The notes below the pieces were generated by a model. It was not told the DNA's origin. It ran no database searches and was given only the letters and a program-made list of their open reading frames with translations. A program made the position numbers and the translations under genes. DNA of 64,000 bases, from contig OZ024740.1 of the NCBI GenBank assembly GCA_964016885.1, positions 27,280,001 through 27,344,000 of the forward strand, in the 5' to 3' direction. The DNA comes from Eledone cirrhosa. Its lineage: Eukaryota. Positions 55,252-64,000 of this stretch are shown here, piece after piece; the first letter of the stretch is position 1, and every line of letters begins with the position of its first letter.

Positions 55252-55634
55252 TTATATATAATATATATATAAGGAAATCATACGTCCATAAATAAAGAGC
55301 TAAATATGGGCTTCGAGGGGAATCTCTCGTTAGTTTTGTATAAAGAATTTAATTCTTGAATAGAAATTTTAAAAAATTTAGATTTTAGTCGTCAACATTT
55401 CAGATAATCATAAGAGGCAAATAGGCCGTTATTGGAGGTAATTGGACACTTTAGCATTAAGACTTTCTCACATAGATACTCTTTATATTACCATTTTGCA
55501 TAAGTATTCAATTTTGAAGACGTGATATCATTCCGAAGGAGGGTTATTTTCGGGATATTACAATATTCTTAAGCATATAATTATTGTTAATGTTTTTCAG
55601 CCATACCTTAAATTAAATACGATTGCACTGATTC

Positions 55635-55737
<103 letters not shown>

Positions 55738-55741
55738 ATAA

Positions 55742-55774
<33 letters not shown>

Positions 55775-55839
55775 AATATATATATGCACGTATGTGCGCT
55801 TCATATCTGGATGTGTGTATATCCAGACACAAACATATA

Positions 55840-55925
<86 letters not shown>

Positions 55926-56461
55926 ATACAATATATTATGCCATTATTGCATAATATCATAGAATATATTAGTTTCAGAGATAATCTGCCCAATATGACC
56001 AGCAGTGACCCACAAGATAGTTGCTGATTTCGAGGGAATTTATGAACTTTTATAGATTTTTTTAAATGTTCGATCTTAATTGGTTTCTATAGGCACAATG
56101 CCAACAATTTGACGAGCAGGTGAAAGTCGATCAAATCCACACCAGTGCATTACTGGGGTTTTGTTTTATCAACCTCGTCAGGCTGGATGGCAAAACTATG
56201 GGCGGCGGTATTTGAAATCTGGACGTACAGAACCGTAAATCTATGCCACACGGCATGGTGGCCAACGCTCTGCCGACACCGCCATTCTTTCTTGAAATAA
56301 AGGTATTTTTCAAACGCATTTTAGTATTTTGGAAGAAGAAATCATTATTTTCATTTATATATTTGATTTTTATATTATATAGCATGTTGTGAAGAATGGC
56401 GCCGTATGATACATGTTTGTTTTGACTAAATTACTGGTTCACTGTATTTCTGATGTCTAGT

Positions 56462-56611
56462 TTAATGCCAATGTGGTGTCTGAACCGATGAAGCATACAT
56501 GGAATGGAAGGATTGCATACATGGTCTCGTAATTCCTGCTGGCGTTTCTTGGCCATTTTCTAAACCTGGCAGAACCCATCCCAGTCCAGGTCTGAATACA
56601 GAAGATTTCTT
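56462..56611 (-). CDS. Candidate terminal coding exon of an unidentified host gene
   Basis: Pyrimidine tract plus CTAG acceptor, then 50 codons in phase 0: KKSSVFRPGLGWVLPGLENGQETPAGITRPCMQSFHSMYASSVQTPHWH*. Unique sequence amid repeats. Confidence 0.45.
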   Translation of the reverse strand, partial: KKSSVFRPGLGWVLPGLENGQETPAGITRPCMQSFHSMYASSVQTPHWH

Positions 56612-56647
56612 CTAGAGAAGGACATGAGTGAGAGAGTGAATGTAAGA

Positions 56648-58103
56648 AACCACCACCACCACCACAACCACCACCACCACCACCACCACCACCACAACCA
56701 CTACCCCCCCTACCCCCCATACACCACAGCAACCCCCCCCCCCCCCCCACACACACTACCCCCCACTCCCACCACCACCACCGCTACCACCACCACTACC
56801 ACCACCACCACCGCCACCACCACTACCACCACCACCACCACCACCACCACCACCACCACCACCACCACAACCACCACCACACCACAACCACCACCACCAC
56901 CCCCCCCCCCCCCCCCCCCCCCCCCCACCACCACCACCACTACCACCACCAACCACCACCACCACCACCACCACCACCACCACCACCACCACCACCACCA
57001 CTACCCCCACCCCTACCACCACCACCACCACCACCACCACCACCACCACCACCACCACAACCACCACCACACCACAACCACCACCACCACCACCACCACC
57101 ACCCCCACACCCACCCCACCACCCCCACCACCACCACCACCACCACCACCACTACCACCACCAATACCACCACCGCCACCACCACAACCACTACCCCCAC
57201 CCCCACCACCACCACCACCACCACCACCACCACCACCACAACCACCACCACACCACAACCACCACCACCACCACCACCACCACCACCACCACCACCACCA
57301 CCACCACCACTACCACAACTACCACCACCAATACCACCACCACAACCACCACCACCACCACCACCACCACCACCACCACCATCACCGCCGCCACCACCAC
57401 CACCACCACTACCACCACTACCACCACCACCACCACTACCACCACCAATACCACCACCACTACCACTACCACCACCACCACCACTACCACCACCACTACC
57501 ACCACCACCACCGCCACTACCACCACCACCACCACCACCACTACCACCACCACTACCACCACCACCATCGCCACCACCACTACCACCACCACCACCATCA
57601 CCACCACCGCCACCCCCATCAACACCACCACCACCACCGCTGTTGTTGTTGTTGATGTTGTTGTTGCTGCTGCTGCTGTTGCTGTTGCTGCTGCTGCTGT
57701 TTGCTGCTGTTGTTACTGTTATTGTTGTTGATGTTGTTGTTACTGTTGTTGCTGCTACTGCTGCTGTTGTTGTTGCTGTTGTTTTTGTTGCTGCTGCTGC
57801 TGATGTTGTTACTGTTCTTGTTGTTGCTGTTGCTGTTGCTGTTGAGGCTGCTGCTGATGTTATTGTTGTTTCTGTGGTTGCTGCTGCTGCTGCTGCTGTT
57901 GTTGTTGATGTTGTTGCTCCTGCTGCCGTTGTTGTAGCTGCTAATGCTGGGGTTGATGTTGCTGCTGCTGCTGTTGTTGTTGCTGTCGTTGCTGCTGATG
58001 CTGCTGATGTGGCTGCTGTTGCTGCTGTTGTTGTTGTTGCTGCTGCTTTTGTTGCTGCTGCTGCTGTAGTTGCTGTTGTTGCTGCTGTTGTTGCTGCTGT
58101 TGT

Positions 58104-58135
<32 letters not shown>

Positions 58136-58238
58136 CTGCTGTTGTTGCTGTTGTTTCTGTTGTTGCTGCTGTGTTGCTGCTGATGTTGCTGCTGTTGTTG
58201 CTGCTGCTGTTGTTGCTGTTGTTGCTGCTGCTGTTGCT

Positions 58239-58269
<31 letters not shown>

Positions 58270-58333
58270 TTGCTGCTGCTGTTGCTGCTGCTGTTGCTGC
58301 TGTTGCTGCTGCTGGTGTTGCTGCTGTTGTTGT
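56648..58333. repeat. (CAC)n/poly-C tract switching at about 57640 to (TGT/TGC)n
   Basis: Direct reading. Confidence 0.95.
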
Positions 58334-58420
58334 GTTTAATATTTGTTTTATACGAAGCTGTGATATCAATACCACTACTTTTATTACCAATTCTGTCTAC
58401 AATATCAAAATATTTATCAC

Positions 58421-58482
58421 CGTGAAAATGTCGTCTGCTACTTCTTCCTCTATCTGATATTCATCGCCATTGTAAACATATC
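58421..58482 (-). CDS. Candidate internal exon (YVYNGDEYQIEEEVADDIFT)
   Basis: CATTAG acceptor and ACG|GTGATA donor (weak); phases fit both neighbouring candidates. Confidence 0.3.
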
Positions 58483-58647
58483 CTAATGAGCTAAAACTCA
58501 CTCAGGTCATTATCCACTACATTAAAAAAGGGGGGAACATTTGATCATTTAATCCGGGGAGGACATAAATGTTGTTACTCGGAAAAAATATTGATTAACA
58601 TAACATTTCGATTAGAGCTGACCTGGGGCTAAAAAAAATCATCATCT

Positions 58648-58650
58648 GCT

Positions 58651-58712
<62 letters not shown>

Positions 58713-58810
58713 GGTGGTGGTGGTGGTGGTGGTGGTAGTAGTACTAGCAGCAGCAGCAGCGCTGGTGGTAGTAGTAGTAGAAGTACTAGTAGTAGCAGAA
58801 GTAGTAGTAG

Positions 58811-58870
<60 letters not shown>

Positions 58871-59045
58871 CAGCGGTGGTGGTGGTAGTAGCAGTGGTAG
58901 TAGGAGTAGTAGTAGTGGTGGTGGTGGTGGTGGTAGTTGTGGCAGTAGTAGCAGCAGCAGCGATGGTGATATTAGTGGTAGCATTAGCAGTAGTAGTAGT
59001 AGTAGTAGCAGTAGAAGTAATAGTAGTTGTTGTTGTAGTAGACAT
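58648..59045. repeat. (AGT/GGT/AGC)n trinucleotide tract
   Basis: Direct reading. Confidence 0.95.
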
Positions 59046-59179
59046 TATTGGTGTAGTAAAAACAGGAAAAGAAATATTTTAACGATGATGATGATGATAT
59101 TTACCTCGAGTTCAACACAGTATCGGAGATCTGCCGAGTTATATATGTGTGAGAATATATATGTATGTATATAATGTTT

Positions 59180-59226
<47 letters not shown>

Positions 59227-59729
59227 AAAAAGTATGACCCCGACGGCAGAGCTCAGAAATAGCCGTCGAAACGGCTTGTTTTAATACGGGATGTTTGTTT
59301 ACAAACACACCGAGCATTATAATAAATGTTCGGTGAATCCATACGTACATATATATGTGTGCATGTATGTGTATATATATATATATATACATGCTACTGT
59401 ACGTCTGTATACATATATGTATGTACGTGTACTTACTTATATTTAAGTAACAGCCGTACTAAGAGTGGGAAATGAAATTTCGTTTCATTTTTTCCGTTTA
59501 TATATATATATATGTATGCTCGCACCCACAGAGACATAATATATATGTGTATATATATCTGTATATATATATATATGTGCGTGTGTGTGTTTATATATAT
59601 ATATATAAATTAGCTATTCCTGCGGTCCCCCTATTAAGTCCTATATCCTCAACAAAATATCACCTAGAGAAAATCAAACTTGCTCCTGTAGAATCAAAAG
59701 TGAATGCCCATTACAAGGTAAATGCAACA

Positions 59730-60157
59730 CCAAAGCCATTGTATATGCGGCTAAAGTGACAACCATCAGCAACAACCATCCAGCCACCAGTGAACGATAT
59801 GTGGGTATGACGCAAGACAGATTCAAAACGCGTTATTACTCACATGTCGCATCCTTTCGATATCCAGAAAAAAGATTTACAACAGCTCTGGCTAGCAGAA
59901 TTTGGGATTTGAAAGACCAAGGCATCCAATATAAACTAGATTGGTCAATTTTGAACCAATCTAAAAAATATGCTAGAGCAACAAGAAAATGCACGCTCTG
60001 CATAAATGAAAAATTTTGGATATTGCAAAATCTTAAATCACCAAAGACCTGCCTGAACACAAAGACGGAAATTTTCACCAGTTGCCCACACATGAAATCA
60101 CACCTGCTTTCCAGCTCATATAAACTTAACACACTTTCAGATACTTATCCTCCATAA
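59730..60157 (+). pseudogene. PLE GIY-YIG endonuclease domain; element continues through the 3'UTR to about 61510
   Basis: YVGMTQDRFKTRYYSHVASFR..EKRFTTALASRIWDLK...LDWSIL....KY....KCTLCINEKFWI....LNTKTEIFTSCPH. Confidence 0.9.
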
Positions 60158-61341
60158 ACTCTTATTATTCTCTTTTTAATTACCCTTTCTGACTTACTTT
60201 CATTTTTATCCTTGTCAATAATTTCATTTATTTTCACTTTTATTTATTTTTACTTCACATCCCCCCCCCCTTTATTCTCCGATCCACTTCCTATTTTCTA
60301 TTTTTTACTTCCCCTTCTTTTACTTCCCTTTTTCCTCCACTAACTGATTACACTTGTCTTTTGTGTTTTTCAATCCAGATATATTTTTCATTTTTATTTT
60401 TATTTTATTTTTGCGCAGCCTATCTTACAATTTTATATTTGTACTTATTTATCCACATTTCAATATAGCTGAACGCCTTAATGTGTATATACTTTTTATA
60501 TATGTACATGAGTGACTACGTATGTGCGCGCGCGTGCGTGTATATGTATGTATGTATATGTATGTATATGTGTATGTGTATATGTGTGTGTGTGTACAGG
60601 CGTTTGTGTGTGTGTGTATGTATATATTATGCGTATGTGTACGTGTCTTTATATCCGTATTTTTGACATCACGGTTTTATGTTTTGTTCCTTTTTTCTTC
60701 TCCCCCCCCCCTTCCTTTTTTTACTTACTCAGTTTCATACGTGGGCATGCAAACAGGTTTATATGCATGAGTATAAGTATGTGTGTGTGTGTGTGTGTAT
60801 GTACGTATCGAACGTATGGAAGTGTAAGTGCGCGTGTTTATATAAGCATAATTATTTTTACATTTCTTTTGTGAGACACGCGTGTCTGTGTATGCATGTA
60901 CCCCCCTTTTTTTGTTTTCTTTAATTTTTTCTTTCTAATTTATCGTTATTATATTTTTATAAATATATCGAGACTGATACTTTTCTTTTAATTATTACAC
61001 TCAGTTACCTCCTTTCTTTCCGCACCTAAGCGTACGAGTGTCCAGGCGTTTTATGCGCGCGCCTTCATATTCATATATTTACGATGTAACCATTTCTGTC
61101 TGTATAATACAGACATATAGATACATTTGCCCTAAATTTTAGAATTACGCACACTTTCTCATTATACATATACATGTACACATATACATATATGCACATC
61201 TGTGGGCGTATATACATACATATACACACACCTAACTATATTTCTTGATAGATTTTTATATATTTCAATTTCTATTTCATTTATCTATATCTTTTTTAGA
61301 TTTTCTTGATGTGTTTTTCTAAGTATTTGCCCATGTTTTAT

Positions 61342-61419
61342 ATTGCCTCGTCTGACGAACGAATGAAGTCGTTTATTTCGTATTCGCCTCATTCGGGAAA
61401 CCTCTGGTAATGAGGTAAT
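61342..61419 (+). ncRNA. Well-formed type-I hammerhead ribozyme downstream of the GIY-YIG
   Basis: ATTGCCTCGT-CTGACGA-ACGAATGAAG...CCTCATTCGG-GAAA-CC-TCT-GG-TA-ATGAGGTAAT; 10-bp stem I with two G-U pairs. Confidence 0.8.
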
Positions 61420-61548
61420 TATATTGTATTGATTTTTATACATTAAATTTTGCTCTGATACTTACATAGAGCACTCTTCATTTCTATGACCTTTTCTGTT
61501 TCCAACGGAAATTTCAATACTATATATATATATATATATATATGCGTG

Positions 61549-61604
<56 letters not shown>

Positions 61605-61727
61605 TATATTTATTTGCGTGTTTGCTCTCGCGCGTCTATGTGTATTTGGGTGTGGTGTGTGTGAATATGTATTACATATGAATGTATGTATGTATTTATG
61701 TATGTATCGACTTAGCACACTATCTAC

Positions 61728-61893
61728 TTGTTTCATCATGTGCTATGACGTCACACATTTCAAACAAAATTGGTTGAGATGAAGTTAACATTAGATTAAC
61801 ATAAGATTGACGACACCGTATGGCAGAAGAGACGCAGTTTTTGGCGCCATCGCTAACATTTTCATTTTCAATCACCATGATAGATAAACCAGA
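61728..61893 (-). CDS. Candidate internal exon (SGLSIMVIENENVSDGAKNCVSSAIRCRQSYVNLMLTSSQPILFEMCDVIAHDET)
   Basis: Open frame in unique sequence; CAACAG acceptor (or TAG near 61921); CAA|GTAGAT donor (weak). Confidence 0.25.
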
Positions 61894-61970
61894 CTGTTGA
61901 GTATCATTTCTTGTTACCTTCTAATATGGCGGCAATCTCCAATGTAATGTTACTTTATTAGAAAAAAATA

Positions 61971-62165
61971 ATAATTGTTTCTACTTTTGGTACAAGGTCT
62001 GCATTTAGCCAGTATATTACTGGTACTTTATTTTATCGACCCCGTAAGGATGAAAGGCAAAGTTAACATCGGCGGGATTTAAACTCAGTCTGCAAAGGGA
62101 CGTAACACTGTGCTATAAAGCATGGCGTCAGAACCTCTACCTATACTACCAATACACCACCCTAA
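61971..62165 (-). mobile_element. SINE family A whose 5' head continues into the 45-bp array
   Basis: Family A body and tail reverse complement at 61971-62120, head at 62121-62165. Confidence 0.9.
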
Positions 62166-62972
62166 CATGGCGTCAGACCCTCTAACAATACTACCAATCC
62201 ACCACCCTAACATGGTGTCAGACCCTCTACCTATACTACCAATCCACCACCCTAACATGGCGTCAGAACCTCTACCAATACTACCAATCCACCACCCTAG
62301 CATGGCGTCAGACCCTCTAACAATACTTCCAATCCACCACCCTAACATGGCGTCAGAACCTCTACCAATACTACCAATCCACCACCCTAACATGGTGTCA
62401 GACCCTCTACCAATACTACCAATCCACCACCCTACCATGATGTCAGACCCTCTACCTATACTACCAATCCACCACCCTAGCATGGCGTCAGACCCTCTAC
62501 CAATACTGCGAATCCACCACCCTAGCATGGCGTCAGACCCTCTAACAATACTGCCAATCCACCACCCTAGCATGACGTCAGACCCTCTACCAATACTGCC
62601 TATTCACCACCCTACCATGGTGTCAGACCCTCTACCTATACTACCAATCTACCACCCTAGCATGGCGTCAGACCCTCTACCTATACTACCAATCCACCAC
62701 CCTAGCATGGCGTCAAAACCTCTACCAATACTGCCAATCCACCACCCTAGCATGACGTCAGACCCTCTACCAATACTGCCAATCCACCACCCTAGCATGG
62801 CGTCAGACCCTCTAACAATACTACCAATCTACCACCCTAACATGACGTCAGACCCTCTACCAATACTGCCTATCCACCACCCTTGCATGACGTCAGACCC
62901 TCTACCAATACTGCCAATACACCACCCTACCATGGTGTCAGACCCTCTACCAATACTGCCAATCCACCACCC
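62121..62972 (-). repeat. 45-bp minisatellite, about 19 copies, identical in origin to the SINE A 5' head
   Basis: Minus-strand unit (C/T)TAGGGTGGTGGATTGG(C/T)AGTATTGGTAGAGGGTCTGACGCCATG versus GGGCGGTGGATTGGCAGTATCGGTAGAGGTTCGGACGCCATG at 41336. Confidence 0.95.
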
Positions 62973-63635
62973 ATTAGAAAAAAATAATAATGGTTTCGGG
63001 AGAGAGGAAAGTCGGTTAAATAGACTCCAGTACGTGACATGTACTTTATTTTATCGAACCCGTAAGAATGAAAAGCAAATCGAACCTCAGCAGGGTTTGT
63101 ATTCAGAACCTAAAGTGCCATAACCCTATGCTGCAAATCATGTTGTCTGTAATCAATTCAATATATAAACAACGATCTCACCAGTAATTATATGGTTGGT
63201 AGCTATTTTGTTTATAAAGTTTGCGATGACGTACAGAACGTTTAATAGCGGCGGCATGCATCATAAGCTTTGAACAAATATATATGCATTAATAATTCCT
63301 TCATTTGTACATCAATAATAGCTTACATTAACGTATATACATATATATGTGATAACAAGTTATCGTTATACGTAATCCAGTTAGAGGTTGTGAGTACTCT
63401 GCGTCGAGGATAGTTTTAACGTACGGCTTTGTTTCACTTAACAATATGCTTCCATAGTTATGCAGCGAGTTCGCGTACTCTGATGTGTTGACCAGAGGTA
63501 AATAATGTATTGGAGATCGAGTGACGCAACTTCAAGCGATTAGTGAACTCTAGACTCACTTGATCAACGAAACAATTGTCAGTACTTTAAATAAAGCCCC
63601 TTATTGTATAGCCAGTCATGTTACTCTTCATTCTT

Positions 63636-63782
<147 letters not shown>

Positions 63783-63817
63783 TAATAATATCATTCATAC
63801 TTATATATGAGTTATAT

Positions 63818-64000
63818 GGTAGATTGGCAGTATCGGTAGAGGGTCGGACGCCATGCTTTCCAGCATAGTTACGTCCCTTTACGATCTGAGTTCAAATCCC
63901 GCCGAGGTTGACTTTGCCTTTCATCCTTACGGGGTCGATAAAATAAAGTACCAGTAATGCACTGGGTAATTGCTGGCCTTGTGCCTAAAGTAGAAACAGT
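63818..64000 (+). mobile_element. SINE family A, essentially full length (a diverged minus copy also lies at about 62990-63150)
   Basis: A box, B box, body and GTGCCTAAAGTAGAAACA end. Confidence 0.92.

Noticed and set aside
55290-55340. Hammerhead-like CTAACGA-GAG...CTC-GAAG on the minus strand
   Set aside because: Two core mismatches and no convincing stem I.
58495-58520. In-frame TGA upstream of the candidate exon, suggesting selenocysteine or editing
   Set aside because: A nearer acceptor removes it and I could not identify a SECIS.
56624-59082. Poly-His/Pro/Gln/Ala/Val ORFs
   Set aside because: Trinucleotide tracts open in several frames with no unique domain.
62122-63123. 333-aa ORF with 15-aa repeats, or a CRISPR-like array
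   Set aside because: The unit is a SINE head in reverse; copies are contiguous with no unique spacers and there are no cas genes.

Overview
Eukaryotic, AT-rich, microsatellite-saturated metazoan DNA with no intact long gene. The SINE repertoire and (TA)n density suggest an octopus-like cephalopod, but that is my inference. Most ORF-track entries are translations of simple repeats. Supported content: an 8.3-kb 32-bp satellite with kb-scale higher-order structure; an 11-bp minisatellite; an interstitial (CCCTAA)n-variant array with a 126-bp period; two or three tRNA-derived SINE families; a 19-copy array made from a SINE's 5' head; RTE and APE-type LINE relics; a DD37D (maT) transposon, a deleted mariner and a MITE. 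The main signal is a dense set of Penelope-like element (PLE) pieces (one RT, several GIY-YIG fragments, many pseudo-LTR tails). They sit in (TA)n tracts as tail-out inverted repeats or palindromes. They carry at least 16 hand-foldable type-I hammerhead ribozyme motifs from about a dozen sequence families. These include U3-A8 core variants, a shared long stem-II insert, and one element joining a tRNA-like Pol III head to a hammerhead. Three phase-compatible candidate exons of an unidentified minus-strand host gene lie at 56.4-61.9 kb (low confidence). All folds and alignments were done by eye.
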